A stretch of DNA of 64,000 bases from Azolla caroliniana (GCA_043228905.1 JBHGNT010000020.1:15314001-15378000); one strand, 5' to 3'. Numbered from the stretch's first letter, positions 28,574-42,107 are shown. Made by a program: numbers and translations. The notes: generated by a model from the sequence alone, not told the origin.

Positions 28574-29853
28574 TGGTATCAGAGCGCGAGGGTTGAGAAC
28601 CTCTGCAGTCGACAAACGCTTGAAAGCAAACCCTAACAGGTCGTAAGAACAGCAGACAGAGAAGTGATGGATAGAGGAATGGCTAGCTCGCTCCCTGTGG
28701 AGAAACTCGACAGATCCAACTACACATCTTGGTCGTACAAGATGCACCAGTACCTGCTTGGGCATGGCTACTAGAGTTTCGTCGAAGGAGCCAACGAAAC
28801 AGCACCTGATGTAGCACATAAGGATTTCCCAGTGTGGGAACAATTAGCAAGCAGAGTGATGTACTGCTTTGTGTCTAGTGTCGGAGACCAGCTGCTAAGC
28901 CACATCCGAGACGCCAAGACACCGAAGGAGGCTTGGGGAAACCTGAAGAAGGTTTTCGCCACGAGCACTAAAGCCCGGAAGCTGCAACTCCGACAGGAGT
29001 TGAGCAATGTCCGACAGAAGGACATGTTGCTGGCGGATTACACGGGCTGGATCAAAGAGATATGTGACTCGCTTGCCTCTATCAACGTTATCGTAGAGGA
29101 AGACGAGATGGTACATGGCTGTCTTGGGGGCCTAGCGTCTAAGTTCATAGCGTTCCGAACGACGGTATGTACAAGGGAGAATACGCCGTCATTTTTCGAC
29201 TTACAGTCGATGCTCCTTGTAGAGGAGAACCACGCCGGTGCGTCAACTAGCGCACCCATGGACAACCAGATGTTGTACACGGAAGCGGATTGGTCTCGTG
29301 GGCGTGGTGGACGAGGCGGGTTGGCACGCAATGGAGGCGGCCGACAAGACCAGGAACAAAGGCACAGAGAACGTGTTGACAACAGTTCTGGACCCTCCGG
29401 GAGCAGGGGGAGTCATGGCGGCACCGGAAGACGGCAAGAGAAGACTGCAACGGAATGCTAGTACTGTGGCAAAAAGGGCCATAGAGAAAGCGAGTGCTGG
29501 AGAAAACGCACCGATTCGGACAAATCCGGATCCGGCAAGGCCGACAAGGATGGCCGGCAAGGCTCGCACTACGCGAAGGGATCGGGAGGAACCAAGAACA
29601 GTAACGGGCCAGCCTTGGTGATGAAGCACGAGACGAACTCGATGAAGAAGACCACTTCCAAATTGGAGGAAGTGTGGTATGTTGATTTCGGTGCGTCAAA
29701 CCACATGACGAGCCACAAAGAGTGGTTCTCCTTTTTGGAGAAACGGGATCAACTAAGAGTAGTCGAAACCGGAGACGACACTCCTCACCCAATCGTGCAC
29801 GTCGGAGAAGTCCCTTTAAGCCACGTCGGACAAAAAGGGAAGTTGATGAATGT

Positions 29854-30579
29854 TGTCGTAGTGTATTTCGTACACTACGTGAAAAAGTAAAAATAATATA
29901 ACCGATTTAATTACATATAAATAAATAAAATAAGAATATCAAAATATTTATCACATGCATAGGGCAGGATTCAAACCTTGAACCTCCACGTAGCCAAACC
30001 TCAACTTTACCATTATACTACCTTATCTTTAGTATTCTACAAATAGATTTAATAACTATAAGTCCTTTATTTGCGCCTACCTTTATTAAAAGGTAAATCA
30101 TGTATTTTTAGAGTGCGTGAATATTTTCTAGAAAAACGCAAGCAACTAAAAAGTGACTCATGCACATCTAGCGTGCATGAGCACTATATTTAGCAAATAA
30201 AAGCAAGGATTAGAAAAGCATCACATGCACATTTAGTGTGCATGAACATATTAGAAAAAAGCATGTAGCTATGCTTAGTCTCTCCTCCCATCACTATATA
30301 AGGATGGGGAGCACATTGTAGTTTTTGTTGATTATTTTTCTATAATGATCAATCAATCTAAAATATTCGTGGGATTCACGAATTTTGCCATCTAAATTAT
30401 TCTTATAATCTAAATATTGTTTTAAATACACTAAACTCGTGGGATTCATGAGATTGCTATCTTACTTCTCTTTCTACTATTCATAACTAGCCTTAAGTTG
30501 TATTTTTCTTCCTCCTAGTCCAAAACCTCGGCGGTTCCCACCCGACTCACGCAACGATCCGGAGCCGAAAGGCACGACA
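29854..30579 (+). mobile_element. Solo-LTR-like insertion (726 bp) nested in the Copia, with an antisense tRNA-like segment
   Basis: TGTCGT..ACGACA termini with a 4-bp TSD ATGT/ACGT. Removing it restores Copia pol ..LMNV-LHILTITKNLVS. AT-rich, TATA box CTATATAAGG at ~30295. Confidence 0.8.
29955..30030 (-). other. tRNA-derived (Pol III A/B box) segment inside the nested insertion; not a functional tRNA gene
   Basis: Minus strand: A box TAGTATAATGG (30020-30010) and B box GGTTTGAATCC (29977-29967), starts 43 nt apart as in tRNA genes. No clean cloverleaf. Confidence 0.6.
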
Positions 30580-33500
30580 ACGTATTACACATTCTGACAA
30601 TCACGAAGAACCTGGTGTCGGTCGGACAGATCGTCGACCAAGGGATGCAGGTGTGGTTTACGCACCTCGGGTGCTTCATTGAGGAAGAGGGCCAAATTAT
30701 TGTGTAGGGGCGCAGAGACAGGAGGATGTTTATCCTCGACACCAATGACGTCGGCATCACTCTGTTTGCAAAAGGATAGAAAGTCGAATCGGACATCGAC
30801 CTGTGGCACAAGCGGATAGGCCACGTCAATTACCGGAGGCTTCAAAACTTGCAAGTGAAACAAGTTGTTTTCGGTTTGCCGAAGTTCAGCGGCCAGAAGG
30901 CCCAAGTATGTGAAGCCTGCCAACTCGGGAAGCAACACCAGCTTCCATTCCCTACCGAACGTAACCGGAGCCGTAACAAGCTCGACCTTATCCATTCAGA
31001 TGTTTGGGGACCGACACAGAATGTTAGTCTTCGGGGGAATCGATATTTTGTCTCCTTCATCGACGACTATACGCAACACACATGGATCTACCTCATTTAG
31101 CGGAAGAGTGAATTCTTCGAGTGTTTTCGGAGTCTCCAAAGCATGGTGGAACGGGAATCGGAGAGGAAGATCAAATGCCTGCGATCGGATTGGGAAAAAG
31201 AATACTTTTCCGGCCAATTCAACAATTATTTGCAACAAAAGGGAATTTGGCGAGAGTTCAGCTGCAAATAGACACTGCAACAGAACGATGTTGCCGAAAG
31301 GAAGAACCGGTCGCTTATTGATGCGGCAAGGGCAATGTTGGAGGAGAAGAGCATGCCCAAATTCTACTAGGCGGAGGCAGTCCGAACGGTTGTCTACATC
31401 CAGAACCGGACCGGTGACAAGGTGTCAGCTCACGAGCTGTATTTCGGGCGCAAGAAGAATTTGAGACACCTTAAGATCTCTGGTAGCATTGCATATGTGC
31501 ATGTACCGGATGAGAAGCGGAGGAAGATGGATGCAAAATCGGAAAAATGCATGCTAGTCGGCTATGCTCAACAGCAAAAGTGTTATAAGCAGGTCCGAGT
31601 TAGTCGAGATGTCGAGTTCGATGAATTGGCCCAGATAGATGATGATGAAGCGTGGACTCAGGATGAGAGTTCGGAATCGTTTCGGCTGAGCGGGCCAAAT
31701 GAGAGACTGAGTCAATCTGACCAGTCCGATGAGGAAATGGAGAGTAGTGGAGACTCTGTCGTGCTCTCCCCACGCAAGGAACCGAGGAGACGGTTCACAC
31801 GCAAAGAGAAAGGGAAGAAAAAGATGCCAGAATTCGAAACTGACAACGATGAGTCAGATCGGTGTGCATCTGACTCTGGCAAGGAGAAAGGCGGATCTTC
31901 GGCAACGAAGACCGAACCGGCCAAGAAAGGCCTTAAACCGGGTAACGGTGAGTTAAACCGGTCCACCCGCATGAAGGATCCCGTCATGTGGTACGGGTAC
32001 AATGAGTACATGGCGCATCACTATGCGTACATGACTAAGGTGGTGGAAGTGTGTGAGCCGGAGAGCTACGCAGAAGCGGCAAAGGACGCAAATTGGCGTG
32101 CCGCTATGGAGGAAGAAATGCGGGCACTTGATGTCAACGAGACATGGGACCTAGTTGTCCCTCCCCGTCACTTTAAACCGATCGGATGCAAGTGGGTGTA
32201 CAAGGTAAAGTACAACGCCGACGGTTCAGTTAACCGGTACAAGGCCCAATTAGTGGCGAAGGGATACGCGCAGACCCACGAAATCAACTACGAAGAGACC
32301 TTCGCTCCTGTAGCTAAGATGACGACGGTTCGTGTGGTGCTGGCGGTTGCTGCAACAAGAGGGTGACATCTTCACCAGATGGATGTGAAGAATGCGTTTC
32401 TTCAGGGTGATCTTGAAGAAGAAGTCTTTATGACTCCGCCCCCCGGTTTTCAATCGGAGATGAACAAGTCGGCGGTATGCCAGCTGAAGAAGTCGTTGTA
32501 CGACCTGAAGCAAGCCCCTTGAGCTTGGAATGCGAAGATCACGCACCGGTTGCGTAAGATGGGGTTTGCGGCCTCCAAGTCCGACTATTCGTTGTTCATC
32601 CGACAAGGCTCAGCCGGTCCGGTATGTATCCTGCTGTATGTTGATGATTTAGTCATCACCGGACCAGGTCTTCCAGAAGTCAACCGCGTCAAGTCCCAGT
32701 TGTCAGACCCATTTGAGATGAAGGACCTGGGGGACCTTCATTATTTTCTTGGGATCAAGGTGATCCGAACCCCCGACGACATATTGCTCTCACAACGACA
32801 TTACGTCTTGAATATGCTATACAAGTTCGGCATGATAGAATGCCGACCTATCTCCACACCCTTGGACCAGAACTAGAAGCTTTGTCCCAACTCCGGACCA
32901 GACTGCAACGAGAAACGGTTCCGACAAATTTTCGGAAGCCTTATTTACTTGACTATCACGGGACCCAACATCAGCTATCCGGTCGGAATGATAAGTCAGG
33001 TCATGCAGAAGCCGATCGTGGAGCACCTTCAGTGCGCGCAACGGATACTACGATATGTAAGCGGCACGAAGGATTGGGGCCTGTTATACTGGCGCAGTAT
33101 ACCCGAAGAGCCGATCGATTACATAGATGCCGACTGGGCCGACGATGCATCAGATTGTTGATCATAGATGCCGACTGGTAACATGTTTTCCCTAGGTAGC
33201 GCGGCTGTTGCGTGGAGCAGCAAAAAGCAACCAACAGTTGCTCTGTCGAGCACTGAGGTTGAGTATCAGGGCGCTACCATTGCCACCTGTGAAGCCATTT
33301 GGCTTTGGCGACTACTACAAGACCTATGGATCGAGGTACCGACCCCGATTCTGGTCTACTACGACAACATAAGTAGCATGCAACTCGCCAAGAACCCCGT
33401 ATTCCATGCTCGCACAAAGCACATAGAAGTGCACTATCACTTCGTGCATGAGCGTGTCCTGAGCGGTGAGGTCGAACTTCGGTATGTTCACACGGATCGG

Positions 33501-34048
33501 CAAGTTGCCGACATCTTCACCAAACCACTCGGATCGAACAAGTTGCAACACTTCACCGAAATGCTTGGTGTTCAGCATCTCGACGTGCCACATTTGAGGG
33601 GGAGAATGGGCAAAGGCAAAGAGACTGCCAATTGCACCGGTGAGGGAAGAACCGGCGAAGGGAGAGTCAAGAAGAAGAAAGGAGCCGAGTCGACAAGGGA
33701 AGTCGACACGTCCGAACAAGTCAGAATCAACAGATAGATTCGGAAGAACCGGATCAATTCAAGGCCAAGAAGACGGGAAGGTAGCGAAAGTCGATGCCAA
33801 CACGAAGGAATCGGTGAACCGGAATGCGCCGAAGTCACAACAACACAGGAGCTGAATTGGGCATGTTGAGCAGACAAGTCGATCGAGGAGGTCGAGGTGC
33901 GCAAAACAAGAGGGGTTGCGGCAAACAGAACCGGACCGGACGAGGAGCGCGAGCAAGGCAGAGCGACGCCAGGAGAAGTCGGTTGGAAGAACCGACTGCC
34001 ATAGAGGCTGACACTTGGATCCAACCTCAAGTTGAGCTTGAGGGGGAG

Positions 34049-34399
34049 TGTTGAGCGGCAAGCTCAACTGGAGTCGGATCGGTTGGACAAGCAACAGAGC
34101 TGGTGAGCTAGTTAGCCGAATTCAATCGGTAACCGGAAGCCTAGTATTAGTTTAGACTACTAGGTAGTTATAGTCTCATAGTAAGTGTCAGATGCTCGTG
34201 TGAGCATTGAAGTACGCGGTACTTTTGTCAGTCCCACGAGGACTTGTATAAATAGTGCTACTGAGCATAGTTGTAACAGAGAGTGTTTATATTGTTTTTG
34301 GATATAGCTTTTACGTTGTGCTCTCTCTGTCCCTCCTGTGTACTCTGTGTATTCTCTGCTTCCTTTGTTTTCTAACGCTTCCGTAAGTAATCGTTTTCA
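34049..34399 (+). repeat. 3' LTR of the Copia element
   Basis: Preceded by the PPT. Differs from the 5' LTR by roughly 20 substitutions and two indels (counted by eye). Confidence 0.95.
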
Positions 34400-34929
34400 C
34401 CTATCAAACAACCACTCTCTAGGGACCGTGTCAAAGGCTTTGCGGAAGTCCACAAAACAACAATATAATTTCTTCTTGCGAGCCTTAGTCTAGTTAATTA
34501 AACATCTAAGTGTGAAGATATGATCAATAGTGGAGAAGGCTCATTTAAAACTAGCCTGTTCAGGTGCATGAAGATTTAAGGTCTCCATATAATCGCTAAG
34601 CTCTGCCTCCATTACTACACCATATAATTTAGCAAGGGTATGACCTATCATAATGGTCCTATATGTATTTGGGTCCATGGGGTCCCCCCATTTATGTATG
34701 GGGGTCACTGTGTTCATGGTCCATATTGGTGGAAAACCCTCAACGAGGGCACGATTGAAGATTAGAGTTAGCAAGGGAGCTAGGCACTCTCTCGCATATA
34801 TGATGTGTTTTGCTTGCAATCCTGTGTGGTCCATGGACTTCTTATGTTGTAATTTCTTTATGACCTTCGTGACCCTAGAGGTCGTGAAGAGTGTCCCCAC
34901 GGTAGGTCGGGGTGTAGAAGGCATTGGGG

Positions 34930-34956
<27 letters not shown>

Positions 34957-34960
<4 letters not shown>

Positions 34961-35420
34961 AGGGTCTGGCACTTGCTTCTTTTGCACCGTTCCATTGGAG
35001 GATAGTACACATAGGTTCATTAAATGTCCTATAGCGTGTACCACTTGGAAGTAGTTATCGGACATTTGGCAAGTTTTAACTCGTTGTTGTTTGAGACCTC
35101 AACAATGGGTTTTTTCTCAATATGTTCAAATTGGATCAAACGATGAGATGGAGATATTGTTCCAATTTTTACGTTATTGGGGTCTACAATACAATTGGAA
35201 TATGCGTAATGCTTTCATGTTTGATAATAGACATGGGGTGAAAGCCTATATAAAGAAGCTTAAAGGTATTCTCCTGTGGAATTTTTGGATGTTAGAGCAT
35301 GTGGGGATCATTTCCTCAAATGCATATTCAGGTTTTTTAGTAGCATTACAGAACGTCCCTCTCCTTACATAGGCATATGATAGGTAGAGGAGACTAAGAA
35401 GTGTTGTAACTAAGTGGATT
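34957..35420 (+). mobile_element. 3' fragment of an L1/Tx1-type LINE (zf-RVT region)
   Basis: CFFCTVPLEDSTHRFIKCP..W and downstream WNMRNAFMF match the C-x2-C..E..H-x4-C and W-x2-RN motifs at the end of L1 ORF2. Joined to LINE copy 1 through a (GA)n run at 34929-34955. Confidence 0.65.
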
Positions 35421-35653
35421 TTACGTACAATTAATATAATTGTGTGCTTTTACCAAAAAAGAAAGAGGGATGGTGCGTACATTTTATGTATGTATTTGTT
35501 TGGAGTGATAAAGAAGTTTGGGAGTTCAAATTGGAACGACAAAACAACGACAGCACACACACACACAGAGACAGAGGAGAGGGAAGGGGTTCGTTTTCTG
35601 AGGAGAGAGAAATACAGAGGAGGGGAAGAAAGACCCATCTTTCTGTAAAGCGA

Positions 35654-35684
<31 letters not shown>

Positions 35685-35910
35685 CGCTTACATTCTCTCT
35701 CTCTCTCTTCTCCTTGTTTGAGCTCAACGATAGAGATAGAGATATGTAGATATAGCGATAGATATAGAGCGAGGGTTTTCCCTGTAAGATCTGCTCCAAC
35801 CTACATGTTCCGAGAAAGCCTTTGGATTCTCTCTTCACAAAACTCAGAGGTTTTATCTCTTTCCTGCAATCTCTGTGTGAACTAAGTGAGCTCCAACTGA
35901 GCTTCAACAA

Positions 35911-36087
35911 ATGCGTTCCAGAGGAGGAGGTGGAGGGGGAGTCTCCTCCACAGTGCTCCTTGCGGCATGCCTCTCATGCTTCCTTGCGGGGATTCTCCTC
36001 ACCAACAGGTACAACGTGCAAAAATCCAAACCGTCTCTTCCCTTCACTACTCTTTTAGTCGTAATTCGATCATATGCGTGTGCTTTT

Positions 36088-36123
<36 letters not shown>

Positions 36124-39100
36124 TGCAAAACAGTTGTAGCTCAGATGGTCATACTTTCAAACCTACATTTCACAATGGCATCTAGTAAAGTAAGGTTGTC
36201 CAGAAGATACCAGAAGGTCATGTGTTCAAATCTTCATTGCACAAAGGCATCTACAAAAGCAATGCATTAAATATTTGAACTCGGCCACCCATGTTAATAA
36301 AAGTAAAAAGTTGGCTTACCACAAGGGTAGAGAGTCCAAAATATGGTTGTTCGTTAATGCTGTTTTAAAACTAAACAAACAAGTTTACATAAGCTTACAA
36401 TTCTCTAAGTTTGAGAAGGAGATTTGGTGGAAATTGTCTTAGAAAAATGGAGAATAACATTAAATGGTGATCCATGAGCTATGCTATTGCTTGAAGCCGT
36501 ACTGGTATCATTTATTCATGATGGTTCCTCCCATATGTAGGACGAATTTGGTTTCATATACTATTATAGTCTTTTCTATTTTATCTACCTCACCATGTGG
36601 TTCAAGATTGACATGAGCAGAATGTTACTCCATGCCATCCAATAGATATCACAAATGCGATATTTTTATGTACGAATCCATCTTCATTTGCTCATGGTTT
36701 TTGAATGAATCTGGATGTTGTTGATTTGGGGGGAAGGGAGGAGTTATTTCCCTGATTTCCTATGGTAATTTGTAACTTGTGAGAGAAATCGTAGACTAAG
36801 GGCCACATGGAAAATTGTGCAGTTAATCAACAACCCTGTTTTATAAAGGTAAAAAGAGTTTAGATGCCTGGACTACTGTGTCAATTATGAGTGGTGGTGT
36901 AACGAACTTGTTGAAAACTACCCTATTTTGCAAGTCTTTCGAAATTGTGCCTGCTACCATTGCTTTTTGATCATGGGCACTATTCGAAATCCTCAGTTTT
37001 GTCAGTCCTTGCTTGCATGTCCAATCTCTTTTTCGAATGACATGTCTTGCCACTGGAAACCCGAGCTTCATTGTGGCTTTCTGCCATGTAGGAATTGCTA
37101 TATGCTCACATGTGATGCAACAACTAGAATAAGGAACCAACCTACGCATAAAGCAAAATATGGAGTGGTATATCTGATGAAATTGATTTTAAACACCATA
37201 AATGTAACTAGTTATCTTAACAATGTAGATCCTGAAGAAAGTAGGAGAGAAACCTTCTTCATACTGATGAAGCTTGTAACTTGTGCTTGGGTGCAAGCCA
37301 GCTTATTGACATGACACATTTTCCGGTCTCCAAAGATATTGTTTCTGTAAAATTCATAGGTAGCATCCATAGGCTGCACATAATTTCCTTTATTAAAAAA
37401 TTCTGAATTGGGCATGATTGCATCTATTTACAAGGAATGATAGAGGGAGGTTATAGCTCTTGTAATGCTATTCATGTAGGTATTTTAAGATTGTGATAAA
37501 ACAATGCTTCTTTTTCTCAAGATTAAACCATGTATGATTCTATTTGATGTTCATCCATGTATTTGTTTCGAAAGCTATGACATCAGTGGTTACTTGTTCT
37601 CTGCTGTTTCTATGCAAAATAAATCTTAAGTACTTCCCCCTATTGATTTTTGTAAAAGAAATAAGACCATATTTTATGGACTGAAATTCAATTCTCAGAT
37701 GGTTTCTGTGGATAGCTCAATCATTGAGTGTTAAATGCAATGTATATGATTGCCATTTGAAACTTAAGGACTTGTTAGATGAATAGAGCCATCAATTATC
37801 ATAAATCTTAAACTTGCAGTCTTTTACAGGCCGTGGACAACTTCAGAACATGGTGCTGCAGATGATAAAAGGATAGTATTAGTACATGAAGAGGAGATTC
37901 AGCATATTCATGAAAATTGCGACTCAAAACATGTATGTGAAACTTTTATCTCTGGATTTGAAGGAGGGAAATTAGGGCGCTGGGCAATGTTGGATCTTAT
38001 TATTTTGTGTTTTTTGGTATCAGAGTGAAACATCTATGCAAGGGCAAGACCTTTTGGATGAAGTATCTAAGACACATGAAGCTATCAAGTAAGTGATATT
38101 TAGCTAATTTTAGGTGTTTTTGGTACATTTGGAATAATGAAATGAAAACCGATTTTAACTAATTAAGATGTAGTCGGGGATATTTAGAAATTAGTGCTAA
38201 GAAAGCCATAGGTTTTCCTATACACACTGGTGCGGAAATGTGGATGTCTGCATCCAGATTCTTTTTGGAAACAATTTGCAAATGCAAATAACTACCATGT
38301 ATTTAGTTTTTTGATGTTTTGACTGCATGAGTCTTTTTTTTGTTCTTTACCTATGGATATATTTAAGTAGTAAGTATGTTTAACAATGATTGTACTTTTT
38401 AAATATTTTGCTTCCTAGTTTCTTATGCTATTTGTGGCAAACTTCCTCTCTTGGTTTTATGGTGCTGTATGGCATGGTTTAAAGCCACATATGGTATTTC
38501 TGAGGGATTTGAACCCTACTCCTCCGTACTTCCATACCTGGATCTGTTTGCTGTATGGTTGACTATGAAAACTTCAACTTATGATCAAATTCCTATAAAA
38601 TTAAAATTGTTGATATTTTGCCATATCAAATGAGGAACATTAATAAATGGGAGTTTGAGGCTCTATAATTGTATTTCGGATATTTGAAATTATGTTCCAA
38701 ATTTTCATAGAAATTCTGTTGCATGAAATGTTATTATTGATAAATTTGATCTGAGATGCATTCATTATCTTGAGCAGGACTCTGGACAAATCAGTTTCAA
38801 TGTTGGAAATGGAATTAGCTGTAGCTAGGGCTTCTTCCCAGGCAGGTTCCCCCAGTCTGATAAAGCCTATTTTAGAGCATCCTGAAGACAGAAAGAAAGC
38901 TTTCATCATGGTTGGGATTAACACTGCATTCAGCAGTAGAAAAAGAAGGAACTCTGTCCGAGAGACATGGATGCCACAAGGTATGCACAAGTTGCTAATA
39001 TGACAACAGTGAAGTTACAATGCCATCACTCTTATCATTTTCTTTTTAATTTCTCATATATTAGGTGAAAAACTGAAGAATCTTGAGCAAGAGAAGGGAA

Positions 39101-40688
39101 TTATTGTTCGATTTGTTATTGGCCATAGGTAAAGTACATTGTGATGGTTTCATTTGTGAAGCCATCTGATTGTTGATGTCTTGTCTAATCAACAAATACA
39201 CTTTGATTAGACTGTAAGTGAGGGTATGTATAATTATAAGTGGAGGTGCTAAATTTTTTCCTCGATTACTAGTGCTACGCCTGGCGGCATCTTGGATCGT
39301 GCCATTGATGCAGAAGAGGCACAGCATGGAGATTTCTTGAGATTAGTGAGTGCAATTGCAAGATCATTTGATTTACTCTGTTTTACATGATGCTCAAGTT
39401 TTACAACTGCCCACAGTTTCAGTACTAGCTCACCTCTTACAGCAACAATGTTCACATTGATAGGAACATATTGAAGGCTACCATGAATTGTCTGCCAAAA
39501 CAAAGATATTTTTTTCCACAGCATTAGCCAAGTGGGATGCGGATTTCTATGTGAAAGTTGATGATGATGTACACGTAAATTTAGGTGAGATTGTGCTCTA
39601 TTCATCATTTTATCTTAGGGGTTCAATTGCCTTCTTTGCAGCAACTGAGGGGAGGGTTGACTCCTAATCTATGGCTTACATGGAAAGAGCCTGAACCAGT
39701 CAGCCACAATCCCTTCTACCTTATTCTCCTCATTTTGTGGAGCTTCTGAAACGATTATGATGTCAACTTCCATCTGTCTCTCAGGGATACTTGGGACAAC
39801 ATTAGCAAGGTATCTGCCAAAGCCTCGTGTATACATAGGATGTATGAAGTCAGGCCCAGTTCTCTCTCAAAGGTATGCTGTAACATTGAGCTGAAAGTAC
39901 CTCTCCAAAAGTCAACCAGTGGATATTGTATCTTATTGGATTGATACATATCCTATTTTTGCAGAGGAGCCAAGTATCATGAACCAGAGTACTGGAAATT
40001 TGGAGAGGATGGAAACAAGTATTTTAGGCATGCCACAGGGCAGTTGTATGTTGTTTCAAAGGATCTTGCTACCTATATATCGATTAACCAGTATGTTCTT
40101 TGGAAACCAGACTTATGTGTTGGCAGACTTATGTGTTGTCCATGCCAGAGGTTATCATGATTAAGATCTTCATTTCCTACAGGCAAATATTGCACAAATA
40201 TGCAAATGAAGATGTTTCCTTGGGTGCATGGTTCATTGGCTTGGATGTGGAGCAAATTGATGATCGAAGCTTTTGTTGTGGAACACCTCCAGGTTATTTT
40301 TCTTGTCTAGGCCTGAAAAAGCTCTAGTGTTCATTCATGCATGCATGTTGGGGATGTGCTGGTCCTCCGTTGTACCTTACATTGAGTTTCCACTTAACTG
40401 TTAGGGTACTTACAAGAATACCCTAACAGTGTACCTCCATGTAATAGAAATTTTTGTACAACAAACCCTAAACCCTAAACCCTTCACAATTTATTTTTTA
40501 CCCGTCAATTTATTTTGGTTACATATTTTTTCATGCCAGATTGTGAATGGAAGGCTCAGGCAGGAAATGCATGTGTAGCTTCATTTGACTGGACATGTAG
40601 TGGCATATGCAATTCTGTTGAGAGAATGTTGGATGTGCACCAGCGCTGTGGTGAAGGAGATGATGCTGTTTGGAGTGCGATTGCTTAG
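35911..40688 (+). CDS. B3GALT: GT31-family beta-1,3-galactosyltransferase (type II membrane protein), 11 exons
   Basis: Exons 35911-36008 ([16 protein letters not shown]), 37830-37932, 38024-38088, 38778-38980 ([34 protein letters not shown]), 39065-39128, 39273-39345, 39464-39584 ([19 protein letters not shown]), 39785-39872 ([10 protein letters not shown]), 39965-40090 ([18 protein letters not shown]), 40183-40292 ([15 protein letters not shown]), 40540-40688 ([21 protein letters not shown]). Confidence 0.95.
36090..36121. repeat. (GA)n microsatellite in intron 1 of the GT31 gene (similar runs at 18035-18050, 20904-20932, 34929-34955)
   Basis: Uninterrupted AG run. Confidence 0.95.
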
Positions 40689-42107
40689 ATTAACATATGA
40701 GGTTACACTAACACATTCTTTCACCCATTCAAATAAGAGCATCTTCATCTGAAGATCAGTTCCAAAGTACAGCCGAAGTGTACATGTCCAGATCTTCTTG
40801 GGCTGTGAGGCATTTTTGTTGTGCGGAAATTTCCATGCTTATATTCAAACATATCTTTTTTCACAGAAAATAGTAAAATCAGGGCTGTGTATAGTCGCAT
40901 GAAAGTTCACTTATAAAATTGATTTGTGAGATCTCTAGTTTATTTGTTGAGAGATCATTTATATAATTTGGATTGAGAGGGTATGCCCAATATTTGTAGT
41001 GAAAGACATCAAGTAAATACATTCAGTTTCAATTGACATACTTTCCATTGTTACTTTTCAAGTGGCTCCTTAAGATCTTTACATTTTGTACTCATGGGCT
41101 TCTTTTGCTAATTGCCAACATGGCTTGAAATATACGATGCCTCTTAGAGAACTATTTGTACCAAAATGCTATGAATATTCTCTAATGTAACATGCTTGTT
41201 GCATACATTAGTATAGTCACTCTCACAAATGATCGTCACCTTCCATCTGGCTCGTACATATTTGACAGATCCTCCGTTATCGAGGGATGGCGACATCAAG
41301 ATCAATCCCTATCCCTAACCGATGTAATGATACATTGAGCTGACCTACACACCCAATAAGTTAGCGAGTCCACTGAATCAACCAAACAGCTATAATTGCA
41401 TCAATAGTGTATCTTCAGGGGGGGAGAGCTCTGTAACTGTGACCTAGGTCTCCCTCATATTAACTTGTCATAAGTTGTATCTGACTGTTGTATTTCTTTT
41501 ATGGGAGTGCGAGTCTGGATCATACTGGAATGCACCCAATTAGATATACACAGAACATTCTCATAGGTAACAGATGAGCAACCATGCTCTTGCAAGTTTT
41601 ACCAAACCATTAAAAATACCGTTTGTGTAGGTAAGACAAGCGATCAGTTTCACAAGGGTTACCTAGGCATGAAAGATGAATCATAAGAGATAGATAATAA
41701 AGATTGTGATAGTGACCATGGATTGTACAAATGCCACGAGATTGATGATGAAGAGCACTTCACGTTGCAGTATGCAACATATGACAACTGTATAGTACCT
41801 TCTCATTTGAGCTTAGGATAGAAACTCCTAAAAGATATGAATCATGTAACTACTGCAACCATTTTCAGTTTTGGGCCTTTATTTTATGTGAATCATGTAA
41901 CTACTGGATTCATGATGTTGTAACCTTCTTGTTCTCATTGGCCATTTCAGAATTCCTCTAGCATCCACAATTCATCATTTTAGATAATACACTTTCAGAT
42001 GCATTGCTGTGTTCTCAAAGGATATTCATGTGCACAACGTTGTATCTAAGAGTTGTACCATATATCTTATTTTAGGTTACATCTCTCAGAAGTCATTTCA
42101 AACCATG

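Larger units (their letters stand above)
28216..34399 (+). mobile_element. Full-length but decayed Ty1/Copia LTR retrotransposon
   Basis: 5' LTR 28216-28573 and 3' LTR 34049-34399 (TG..CA), CCTAT TSD at 28211-28215 and 34400-34404, Met-tRNA PBS TGGTATCAGAGC 28574-28585, PPT AGGGGGAG 34041-34048. Domains in Copia order: gag with CCHC (~29455), protease-like WYVDFGASNHMT, integrase (HSDVWG, FIDD), RT (YVDDL), RNase H (TKHIEVHYHF, ADIFTKPL). Many in-frame stops. Confidence 0.96.
26390..34925 (-). mobile_element. RTE-like LINE (copy 1), 5'-truncated, interrupted by the Copia at 28216-34399
   Basis: Minus-strand RT remnants: 34541-34925 (PIHKWGDPMDPNTYRTIMIG), 34405-34540 (DFRKAFDTV), 27275-28215 (GVKQGCPISPTLFG, LFYADDIVL, YLG), 26720-27100 (LRISPHQLKIENGR..CRLC..EDEYHFTCKC). 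The sequence reads through across the Copia once one CCTAT is removed, matching copy 2 at ~51400. Confidence 0.88.

Noticed and set aside
29955-30030. Functional tRNA genes here and at 57175-57245
   Set aside because: A and B boxes are present, but acceptor and anticodon stems do not pair convincingly and both lie inside TSD-flanked insertions.
29038-34094. Numerous antisense and overlapping short ORFs in the Copia (also over the PPR, kinase and microsatellite regions)
   Set aside because: These are shadow frames of GC-rich coding or simple-repeat sequence with no recognisable motifs.
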